NCBI GenBank assembly: GCA_038128265.1
Contig: JAYPJE010000009.1
Coordinates: 1 to 62,874, forward strand
Length of the DNA: 62,874 nt
Direction of reading: 5' to 3'
Source: Gemmatimonadota bacterium
Lineage (GTDB): Bacteria > Latescibacterota > UBA2968 > UBA8231
Shown here piece after piece: positions 1 to 7,618 of this stretch. A program made the translations under genes and the position numbers. The stretch's first letter is position 1. Every line of letters begins with the position of its first letter. The notes under the pieces are model-generated. The model searched no databases. It had not been told where the DNA came from and saw nothing but the letters and a program-made list of their open reading frames with translations.

Positions 1-42
1 GGCGACCTTGCCCCCGACCCGTCCTAACGTTGTGTTTGCCAT
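1..42 (-). CDS. 5' fragment of a gene running off the window, probably an SDR-family oxidoreductase
   Basis: Minus strand AGGAGG RBS then ATG; reads MANTTLGRVGGKVA, resembling the lead-in to the SDR Rossmann motif. Only 14 codons visible. Confidence 0.5.
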   Translation of the reverse strand, partial: MANTTLGRVGGKVA

Positions 43-152
43 TCGATCCTCCTGGAGTTTTTTAATAAAACTGTGTTAGTTGCTACTCCCCCTCCGTTTT
101 TTTATCTTACCCACGTAACAATGGGTATCGTCCGGCTTCCCCCTTAAATGTA

Positions 153-524
153 ATGAATGCATTGGACAGTCTACTAAGCCAGGAAGTTATCGCTGGTATT
201 ATAATCATATTTGCGTTTATCATGTGTATTCGCACCATACTTTCATACACAAACCAGGTTTCCGAGCTGCGTCCCAAAATATCGGAAATCGACCGCAAGC
301 TGAACAGCCAGCGCAACGGCATGAAGAAATACCAAAGTAAGGTCGAAAAGCTGGGCGAAACCGTCCGACCGCTTAAAGAGCGTGAAGCGCTCATGCGCTC
401 CTATTACGATCAAATGAGAAATACGGAGTTGGAACAAGAGCGCAAGCAGATGGCCGAGCAGGCCGAGGAAGAAGATAAACGAGATCGATCCATTCAGAGG
501 AAGAGCTTAGGAGACAATCTTTAA
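153..524 (+). CDS. Hypothetical protein, N-terminal TM helix plus charged coiled-coil
   Basis: 123 aa ORF; hydrophobic VIAGIIIIFAFIMCI followed by an E/K/R/Q-rich helical region. Confidence 0.7.
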   Translation: MNALDSLLSQEVIAGIIIIFAFIMCIRTILSYTNQVSELRPKISEIDRKLNSQRNGMKKYQSKVEKLGETVRPLKEREALMRSYYDQMRNTELEQERKQMAEQAEEEDKRDRSIQRKSLGDNL

Positions 525-723
525 CTCGCCCGTAGGCAATTTAGTGCCTCGCCCCTAAACCATACCTTCTCTCCAGCACCTTTTCACCCGCTCAAGTTAA
601 TACTAACCCTTCACATCCATCAATTCGCTACGATCTCCAAGCATTTCGCCCTACGCCAGAGACTGCGCCCACCGCACGTATAGCGCGAATTGTTTTTCGA
701 TTTCGGCCCCGAAGTATACCGAC

Positions 724-751
724 TTGACGCCCCCAATACCCCGTATACATT
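724..751 (+). promoter_or_regulatory. Putative sigma70 promoter
   Basis: TTGACG (724-729), 16 nt spacer, TACATT (746-751) in an intergenic region. Confidence 0.5.
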
Positions 752-757
752 CTCAGT

Positions 758-868
758 AATCTTATAGGTGAAATCACCTGTTTGTATCGGGCTCGATGAT
801 GAGCCACCTGTGATATAAGTAGCCTTAGGGGTCAGGTCGTCGAGCATCGACAACCTGCGCTTCTCTCA
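758..868 (+). ncRNA. Candidate structured leader or small RNA (family unassigned)
   Basis: Three hairpins (764-781, 790-805, 833-857) directly downstream of the promoter, followed by a pyrimidine tract. Confidence 0.3.
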
Positions 869-898
869 ACCGCAGACTACAAAACTGAATTCCAATAT

Positions 899-1312
899 AT
901 GAGCACAACCGATTTACCAACCCTGAACGCCAGCCTCAATGCCATTAGCACCGTCCTTCTCGTGCTCGGCTACTACTTTATTAGACGGCAGCAGCGCGAA
1001 CGCCATAAAATGGCGATGCTGGCTGCACTGGCCTGTTCGGCACTCTTTTTAACCTCTTATCTGATCTATCACGTCCAGGTTGGATCAGTCCCCTACCCCC
1101 ATCACGACTGGACGCGCCCGCTGTACTTTGCCATCCTCATCCCACACGTCATTCTAGCTGCGCTTAACGCACCTCTTACGGTGGTCGTTGTCCTGCGAGC
1201 ATGGCGCGAAGATTTCTCGCAGCACCGACGTCTGGCGCGATGGGTTTGGCCGATATGGCTTTTTGTATCTGTAACAGGCGTGGTTATTTACGTCATGCTC
1301 TACCGCCTCTAA
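899..1312 (+). CDS. DUF420-family membrane protein
   Basis: Four TM segments with LPTLNASLN, H..AM, FL.SYL.YH, PH..LA, HRRLARW..PIWL.VS.TG motifs. Confidence 0.9.
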   Translation: MSTTDLPTLNASLNAISTVLLVLGYYFIRRQQRERHKMAMLAALACSALFLTSYLIYHVQVGSVPYPHHDWTRPLYFAILIPHVILAALNAPLTVVVVLRAWREDFSQHRRLARWVWPIWLFVSVTGVVIYVMLYRL

Positions 1313-1323
1313 TCGGCGGTCTC

Positions 1324-2088
1324 CTACGCGTCGCTGCGCCAACGAACCATCAGCGTCGATAGCAGCATCGTCAGCGCAGTCCATCCCAGCGTAACGCCCA
1401 GCGCTTGTACAAACGCCCCATCGCTCCACAGCGCACTTGGAGCCGTGTAAAAAGCCGTGCGCAACACAACCATGGCATAGGTAACGGGGTTAAAGCGCAT
1501 AACCCACTCCAACCACTGCGCCGCACCCTCCAGCGGAAAAAGTGCACCCGAAAGCAGCCACAGAGGAATGAATACCACGCTCATTACGGCATGGTAGCCC
1601 GCCACCGTATCCATAAACCAGGCGACGATAAATCCCAGACCGGTAAATCCCAAACCGATAATGACACACGCAACTAACACTGCGACGAGGTTTGGGAGCG
1701 ATAGATCGATGCCGGCCAGCGGGGCAAATGCCAAAAAGATCGCGGCCTGCAAGAGGGCAATGGCGGTGCCGCCGATAATTTTACCGGCGACAATGCTTAG
1801 GCGGGAAACGGGAGCCACCAGCACGCCCTGTAAAAAACCAGCCGTTCGATCTTCGATTAGCGTAATGGTGGAAAATATGGCGGCAAAGAGCAGCAGCATG
1901 AGCACAATGCCGGGATAGAAAAACTCGCCGTAATCGATGGCCGTGCCCTGTAGGGCGAAGCTATCGGAAAAACCCGAGCCCATAAACAGCCAAAACATCA
2001 GCGGCTGGGCCAAGCTGCCAAAAAGGCGGGTGGGCTGGCGCAAAAAGCGCACGACCTCGCGGCGGGCCAATACCCAGGCAGCCGTCAT
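1324..2088 (-). CDS. ABC-2 type transporter permease
   Basis: Six TM segments; FFYPG, LVAPVSR, LSGALFP, NPVTY motifs; 4-nt overlap with the ATPase gene. Confidence 0.92.
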   Translation of the reverse strand: MTAAWVLARREVVRFLRQPTRLFGSLAQPLMFWLFMGSGFSDSFALQGTAIDYGEFFYPGIVLMLLLFAAIFSTITLIEDRTAGFLQGVLVAPVSRLSIVAGKIIGGTAIALLQAAIFLAFAPLAGIDLSLPNLVAVLVACVIIGLGFTGLGFIVAWFMDTVAGYHAVMSVVFIPLWLLSGALFPLEGAAQWLEWVMRFNPVTYAMVVLRTAFYTAPSALWSDGAFVQALGVTLGWTALTMLLSTLMVRWRSDA

Positions 2089-3053
2089 GTCGAAGCGTCC
2101 TCGCCAGCGACCAATCGTTCCCCGGTAAACTGCACGAATACGTCATCGAGGGATGGATGGGCAAGCGATAAGCGGCTTATTTTTTCGGAGAAGTGCGCTA
2201 AGATGCGATCGAGGCTAAGCGGTTCGTCTAGGGAGAAGCGCAGCGCGCCATCGACTTTTCTTCCCTCGATCTGCAGCAGCTGTTCAATATCGGTCAGCAG
2301 TCCGTCTGGATCCGAAGTCTCGAGAGTCAACACTTGCTTGCCAATGTCCTGCTGCAGCTGCGTTGGCGGTGCACAGGCGAGCAAAGCTCCCTGGTGCATT
2401 ATGGCCACCCGATCGCACAAAGCAGCCTCATCGAGCAAATGCGTAGTCACTACAACCGTCGTGCCCACTCCGCGCAAATGGGCGACCTCGCTCCAAAATT
2501 CCTGACGAGAAATGGGATCCAGACCCGTTGTTGGCTCGTCGAGCACCAATACGCTGGGCTCAGGCAGGAGCGCCTTGGCCAGTTCCACGCGCCGAGCCAG
2601 CCCCCCCGATAGTGCCTCAACCTTGTCCGCGCGGCGGTCCGTCAGCTTTAGCCCGTGGAGCAAACTGCCCATGCGTCGGTCGATATCGGCTTTGCGCATG
2701 CCGTAGAGCTGGGCGGCGGCAACGAGATTTTCTTCGACGCTCATCTTGCGATCGAGGGCTGGCTTCTGAAATACCACACCCAACTGGCGACGCGCTCCCA
2801 GCGGATCGGTGGCCAGATCGCATCCCCCAACCAAAACCACCCCTCTGTCTGGTTTTAGCGCCGTAGTCAACACGCGCAACAGCGTCGACTTTCCACTCCC
2901 GTTCGGTCCTAATAGGGCGACCATCTCACCCGAGTATACGTCGAGATCTACATCGGTCAGAGCCGGACGCGACGGCGTTTTCGACTTACCGGGATAGGTA
3001 TGCGATACGCCTGCAATATGAATTAATACCTGGGGAGTCACTGCGCTTGCCAA
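2085..3053 (-). CDS. ABC transporter ATP-binding protein (DrrA-like)
   Basis: GPNGSGKST Walker A, LSGG signature, LVLDEPTTGLDP Walker B, TTH switch. Confidence 0.95.
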   Translation of the reverse strand: MASAVTPQVLIHIAGVSHTYPGKSKTPSRPALTDVDLDVYSGEMVALLGPNGSGKSTLLRVLTTALKPDRGVVLVGGCDLATDPLGARRQLGVVFQKPALDRKMSVEENLVAAAQLYGMRKADIDRRMGSLLHGLKLTDRRADKVEALSGGLARRVELAKALLPEPSVLVLDEPTTGLDPISRQEFWSEVAHLRGVGTTVVVTTHLLDEAALCDRVAIMHQGALLACAPPTQLQQDIGKQVLTLETSDPDGLLTDIEQLLQIEGRKVDGALRFSLDEPLSLDRILAHFSEKISRLSLAHPSLDDVFVQFTGERLVAGEDAST

Positions 3054-3139
3054 TTCGAAGGTTGCCCGTAAGCGGAACAGGCAAAACTAAAGTAAATTTC
3101 TGCAGCGTCAAGCTATCTCCCCAACCACATTACCCCATT

Positions 3140-3562
3140 TTACCAGCGTGCTCTTTTCGCACTATGGGCGCAGTCGCCCTCCTTATCAACCACCTGTTTC
3201 CACGCCACATATAACCCAACCATATGCCTACGCGCTTCAGCGATGGAGTCGATATCGAGATGCGTATTTGCCCGCACCAGCAATCGGTAAACGTATAGAT
3301 ACAGCCTTCGCAGATTGACGGCGAGCCCCTCGTCGCCGCTGCGGTCGTCCAACACGTCCCCCAGGAGGAGGACGATGTCCTGTGCTCGTATAAGCTGGTC
3401 TCCCTTTTCTACCATCTCGCCGCGACCGATATGGTCTACGGCTCGGTCCATACAGTCTACTGCCTTCTCGTACAGCTTGAGCAGAAGCTGTGATTTCTCC
3501 TCTATACCCCACGACATGGGCGCTTGGCCCGCAGCGATTCCCTTGCACTCTTGATTGACCAT
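3140..3562 (-). CDS. fliS: Flagellar export chaperone FliS-like protein
   Basis: QLLLKLYEKA..., RAQDIV, LAVNLRRLYLY, RAN, AWKQV match the FliS helical pattern; GGAGAG RBS; sigma28-like promoter upstream. Confidence 0.8.
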   Translation of the reverse strand: MVNQECKGIAAGQAPMSWGIEEKSQLLLKLYEKAVDCMDRAVDHIGRGEMVEKGDQLIRAQDIVLLLGDVLDDRSGDEGLAVNLRRLYLYVYRLLVRANTHLDIDSIAEARRHMVGLYVAWKQVVDKEGDCAHSAKRARW

Positions 3563-3635
3563 CCTTGGTCTCTCCTCGATGTGGTAGTTGTGACAATCAT
3601 CTGAACTTAATACTACTTGATATCAAGTATTGTTA

Positions 3636-3663
3636 TTATCGGTCGGAGGAGCCGCTCCCTTTA
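3636..3663 (-). promoter_or_regulatory. Putative sigma28 (FliA/SigD) promoter for fliS
   Basis: Minus strand TAAA-N16-ACCGATAA versus consensus TAAA-N15/16-GCCGATAA. Confidence 0.65.
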
Positions 3664-3696
3664 GCCCTTTTTCACGCCCCAAAAGCGACAATCCGA

Positions 3697-3725
3697 TTGA
3701 CACTTTTTTCCTTTTTCTCTACCTT
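3697..3725 (+). promoter_or_regulatory. Putative sigma70 promoter for fliM and downstream genes
   Basis: TTGACA-N17-TACCTT, about 50 nt upstream of the ATG at 3777. Confidence 0.6.
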
Positions 3726-3776
3726 CGCAAGACCGCTTTAATCCAATTCCTACATGCCTTTATAGCGTGGCTTATC

Positions 3777-4766
3777 ATGGCTGACGAACTCACCGACGAC
3801 GAGCTCAACTCGCTGCTCAAGGCCGCGCGCAAGTCGCCCCTTTCAAGCGCGGGTGAATCGGCTTCTACGCCCCTACCCATGGCCTACGACTTCAAGCGGC
3901 CGCAGCGCGTCAACAAAGACCATATGCGCGCGCTGGAAAACGTGCACGAACAGTGTGGACGGCTTTTTTCAGCGACCCTCTCGGCCTCGATGCGCATGGT
4001 CATCGACGTCGATTTAGCCTTTATCGACCAGACCCTCTACAGCGAATTCATTCTTTCCCTGCCCACTCCGTGCGGAAGCTATACTTTTGCTCTCGATCCA
4101 CCCGGAACGCAGGCCGTTCTATGCCTGGCCCCCGAGTTAATCATGTCCATTATCGACCGCGCCCTTGGCGGCAAAGGGCAAAGCCTCAGCGGCGATATGC
4201 GGCCTCTTACCCAAATTGAACGAACCATTGTCAACAAGCTGGTCAGCCGCCTCTTGGCCGATTTCGAATCGTCCTGGGACCCCCACTGTTCCCTACAGGT
4301 TTCCGATGTAGCCCTCGAGACCAACCCCGAGTTTATCCGCATCGCCAACAGCGGTGACCCCGTCGTCATGGCGGCGTATGAGGTGCACTCCAACCACGCC
4401 AACGGCCTAGTGCACCTCTGCTACCCACTGGCCACCGTGGACCCCCTGATAGCGCATCTCACCGGATCAACGCATCCAACGCCAAAGGAATCCGACAGCC
4501 AGGCGCGCATAATTGACAACCGCGCCTTGGGCACGATGAGCGTATCGACCGTCGTGCAGATTGCCCGCGGGAGCCTGCCGCTGTCCGAGGTCGCCCAGCT
4601 AACAGCCGGCGATGTGATAAAACTCGATACGAAGCGCACGGATCCAGCCGTCGTATTCGTCGGCAACCAGCCCAAATTCTTTGCCCGGGCCGGACTCGAT
4701 GGACGCCGCCGTGCCGCGCAAATCCTCTCGACAATTTCTGCCAGCGAGGAAGAACTCTATCGCTAG
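3777..4766 (+). CDS. fliM: Flagellar motor switch protein FliM
   Basis: LTDDELNSLL N-terminal peptide, YDFKRPQRV, YSEFILSLPTP, RPLTQIE, ETNPEF, C-terminal SpoA domain (GDVIKLD). Start moved from 3630 to the ATG downstream of the promoter. Confidence 0.9.
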   Translation: MADELTDDELNSLLKAARKSPLSSAGESASTPLPMAYDFKRPQRVNKDHMRALENVHEQCGRLFSATLSASMRMVIDVDLAFIDQTLYSEFILSLPTPCGSYTFALDPPGTQAVLCLAPELIMSIIDRALGGKGQSLSGDMRPLTQIERTIVNKLVSRLLADFESSWDPHCSLQVSDVALETNPEFIRIANSGDPVVMAAYEVHSNHANGLVHLCYPLATVDPLIAHLTGSTHPTPKESDSQARIIDNRALGTMSVSTVVQIARGSLPLSEVAQLTAGDVIKLDTKRTDPAVVFVGNQPKFFARAGLDGRRRAAQILSTISASEEELYR

Positions 4767-4800
4767 CGCAGAGGCCGCAACGCCCACGAATGGATTGTCG

Positions 4801-5298
4801 ATGCCCAGCTTTAACCAACGCCTCTACTCGGCCCGCTACTTTCTCGGTGCCTGCTTTGCCTGCGGCTTTTCCATCGCCCTATGGGATCCGGCCCCGCGCT
4901 TTGTGCTGACTGTCGCACTCGGCCTGACCGCCGGCGTGCTCTTTCTCGGTCCCTATGCGGCTGCCGTGCTCTATGCCCTGCGCCTAGGACGCTTTTTCGG
5001 CGGGCATCTGCGCTGGCCCATTTGCCTCCTCCTCACCCTCTCGGCCGTCGCACTGCTGGATCATCTTCTCCACTGGTCTAAACCCCAGTTTTGGATGGCC
5101 GCTACCACGGCCCTGCTCGGCACGACGATTGGGCACGATGCCACCTTGGCCGTCCTCCAACTCCGCACCAACCCTCGGCTAGATCGCCTCATGGTCGCCT
5201 TCTTTCCCTTTTTTATTGGGTTGGCCGTGCTAGCTGGCTACAGCAGCCTGGGTTTTTTTTCTGGCCTCTACCAGCTTGCATCCGGGCTGATAAACTAA
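4801..5298 (+). CDS. Hypothetical integral membrane protein
   Basis: About five hydrophobic segments; fills the gap between fliM and the next gene; ATG at 4801. Confidence 0.7.
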   Translation: MPSFNQRLYSARYFLGACFACGFSIALWDPAPRFVLTVALGLTAGVLFLGPYAAAVLYALRLGRFFGGHLRWPICLLLTLSAVALLDHLLHWSKPQFWMAATTALLGTTIGHDATLAVLQLRTNPRLDRLMVAFFPFFIGLAVLAGYSSLGFFSGLYQLASGLIN

Positions 5299-5299
5299 A

Positions 5300-6520
5300 A
5301 TGAGCCTATCCCTATCCAAGAGCCTGGCCGCCCACCTCGACCAGATTATCCTAGGTCCCCCGCAGTACGAGCGCCGCGGCAAATTGGACAATATGATTGT
5401 CTACTCGCTGTTTCCCTCGAGCCTGTCGCCCGATCCCACGGATATCATTACCCTGTCTGAGGCCCTCAATCGCGGGCTAACTTTGCAGGATACAGGCGTC
5501 ATTAGCCGCATTCACATCGACAACCCACTCCCCGCCGCCGTCCTGGCCGGCGAGTCCGAGCTATTGATGGGCGAAACCCAGCAGCGCTCCGTGCAGTTCA
5601 GCTGTCTGATCCCCCCACAGCGCAAAGCCTCGCTCCCCGTCAACTGCGTCGAAGAAGGCCGGCCCACGATTGCGCAAACCACTTTCACCGGTGCCGATGC
5701 CTGCCCCTGGCCCGTGCGCTCGTTTAAAATCGAGCAGCTAGCCCACAGCGGCGAGCCGCAGCAGTATTGGGTGTGGGATCAGGTAAAAACCTATTTGACC
5801 GAGGCTGGAGCCGATACCCAGACCCATGACATCCACGCCGTATTAGAGCAGCACTCATACAAGCTGCAAGCCCTTAGCGGGGCTTTTCCAAGGCAGGCAG
5901 CACAGGTCGGTGCCATATGTGCCGTGGGACAGAACCTCTATTTGGAGCTCTTTGGCGATCCCGAACTATTTGATGATCGCTACGATCAGATTTTGCGCAG
6001 TGCCATGGTGGAGGCCCTTGTTCGCCCCTCCGACCAATGCCTTCCTCAAGAAGCCGTTCCCGCCTTTATGGAACAGCTCGTACAGGCCAGTCTGCACAGC
6101 CGCATGATGAGCAGTCGCTCGCTAAAGGACTCTGGACGCGCGTTGGCCTTTTCGCATATGGATATCAACGGGCAGGTACTTATTGCCGACAACAAACTCG
6201 TGCATTTGGTGGCGCATCAGAAATGTATGGGACGCAGCCAGTCCCTGGCCGCCCTGCGCTCCGGGCTAGACGATGCCCAGCAAACGTGGAACAGCCGTCG
6301 GCCGATCTTCCTCGACGATGTGGAAGCGACGTACCATCGACGGCGGCAGCGCTACAACACGTTTAAGTCTCGTCTGCGGGAAGCGCCCCATACGGCGACA
6401 AGATCAACTCCTTCTAGCGCGGCAGATACCGACGAAGCGCTTGACGCGGCCGCACCGCCCCATCCCCTGAGTCCAGCTCTGCGCGACTTTTTTTTACACC
6501 TCTTTAGCGGGGATCGTTAG
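5300..6520 (+). CDS. ARPP-1/DUF6569-like protein
   Basis: ITLSEAL, GELL.G..Q.R-like segment, LPVNCVEEGR, Q..VWDQV, QVGA, LELF motifs recalled from this family. Confidence 0.65.
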   Translation: MSLSLSKSLAAHLDQIILGPPQYERRGKLDNMIVYSLFPSSLSPDPTDIITLSEALNRGLTLQDTGVISRIHIDNPLPAAVLAGESELLMGETQQRSVQFSCLIPPQRKASLPVNCVEEGRPTIAQTTFTGADACPWPVRSFKIEQLAHSGEPQQYWVWDQVKTYLTEAGADTQTHDIHAVLEQHSYKLQALSGAFPRQAAQVGAICAVGQNLYLELFGDPELFDDRYDQILRSAMVEALVRPSDQCLPQEAVPAFMEQLVQASLHSRMMSSRSLKDSGRALAFSHMDINGQVLIADNKLVHLVAHQKCMGRSQSLAALRSGLDDAQQTWNSRRPIFLDDVEATYHRRRQRYNTFKSRLREAPHTATRSTPSSAADTDEALDAAAPPHPLSPALRDFFLHLFSGDR

Positions 6521-6529
6521 ACGCAACCC

Positions 6530-7531
6530 ATGCTGCGCATCGCCACTTTCTCTCTCGTACTCTCCCTTGCCGCAATCGCCGGAACGGCCGGCGCACTGTG
6601 GTACTACAGCCAGCCGACACACCTTTCTCAGTCGCACCAGATCACAATTTCTCCCGGTAGCAGCGCCCGCACTATTGGCGCTCAGCTCGAACGGGCCGGC
6701 ATCGTCCGAAGCGCGCGCGTCTTTGCCTGGACGGTGCGCCTGCAGGGACTATCCGCAAGGCTGGAGGCGGGCACCTATGCGCTCACCGGCCAGCGCGATA
6801 CGCCAGGCGTCATTCAGCAACTGCTCGAAGCCCCTCTTCAGATGCGCCGCGCCACAATTCCCGAAGGCCTCACCCGCCAAGAGACGGCCGGCGTTCTCGC
6901 CCGCCAGGGCATCGTAGATTCGCTGCGCTTCACCCAACTAAGCGGAGATGCCGAGCTGGCTGCCCACCTTGGCATTGAAGCCCCTACGCTCGAGGGGTAT
7001 CTATTTCCCGAGACGTATTTCTTTGCGATGGAAACAAGCGAAGAACAGGTCATCGCCCGCCTCGTTGGACAATTTCATCGAGCCCTAGGTGACTCGCTGA
7101 ACGACCGATTGGAGGCTATAGGTTTGGACCTGCATCAAGCGGTGACGTTGGCCTCTATCGTAGAGGGGGAAGCGCAGGCCGCCCACGAGCGCCCCACGAT
7201 TGCCGGCGTTTTTCTGCGCCGTCTGTCCCTCAATCGCCGACTCGAATCCTGCGCAACGGTAGAGTATGCCCTCGGCGTGCATAAGAAGCGACTAACCAAT
7301 GCCGATCTACGCGTCGAATCCCCATTCAATACCTATCGCCACCGCGGCCTGCCGCCGGGTCCGATCGGCAATCCCGGCAAGGCGGCCCTAATCGCGACGC
7401 TCTACCCAGAGGAGACGGATTTCCTCTACTTTGTAGCGCGCGGCGACGGTACGCATATCTTCAGCCGCACCAACGAGGAGCACGTGGCCGCCAAACGAAA
7501 AGTCAAACGCCTCAGCAGCGCATCGCGCTAA
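6530..7531 (+). CDS. mltG: Endolytic transglycosylase MltG (YceG)
   Basis: TIPEG, LEGYLFPETY, LASIVEGE, SPFNTY..GLPPGPIGNPG, LYFVA.GDG.H.FS. Confidence 0.96.
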   Translation: MLRIATFSLVLSLAAIAGTAGALWYYSQPTHLSQSHQITISPGSSARTIGAQLERAGIVRSARVFAWTVRLQGLSARLEAGTYALTGQRDTPGVIQQLLEAPLQMRRATIPEGLTRQETAGVLARQGIVDSLRFTQLSGDAELAAHLGIEAPTLEGYLFPETYFFAMETSEEQVIARLVGQFHRALGDSLNDRLEAIGLDLHQAVTLASIVEGEAQAAHERPTIAGVFLRRLSLNRRLESCATVEYALGVHKKRLTNADLRVESPFNTYRHRGLPPGPIGNPGKAALIATLYPEETDFLYFVARGDGTHIFSRTNEEHVAAKRKVKRLSSASR

Positions 7532-7535
7532 ACGC

Positions 7536-7565
7536 TTGACGCGGTTCGCTCCAGTCGGTTATATA
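7536..7565 (+). promoter_or_regulatory. Putative sigma70 promoter for pcrA
   Basis: TTGACG then TTATAT/TATATC at 17-20 nt spacing. Confidence 0.4.
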
Positions 7566-7618
7566 TCGATCTCCCCCGCGCCCTTGTTCACATCGCCCCA
7601 GCAGAGCACAAACAGTTT

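Noticed and set aside
620..853. 77-aa minus-strand ORF
   Set aside because: TTG start, no RBS or motifs, and it overlaps a plus-strand promoter and hairpins.
828..860. SRP RNA (GTCAGGTC) or hammerhead/fluoride-riboswitch identity for the structured region
   Set aside because: Lacks the SRP GGAAGGAAGCAGC loop, the CUGAUGA...GAAA hammerhead core order and the fluoride riboswitch consensus.
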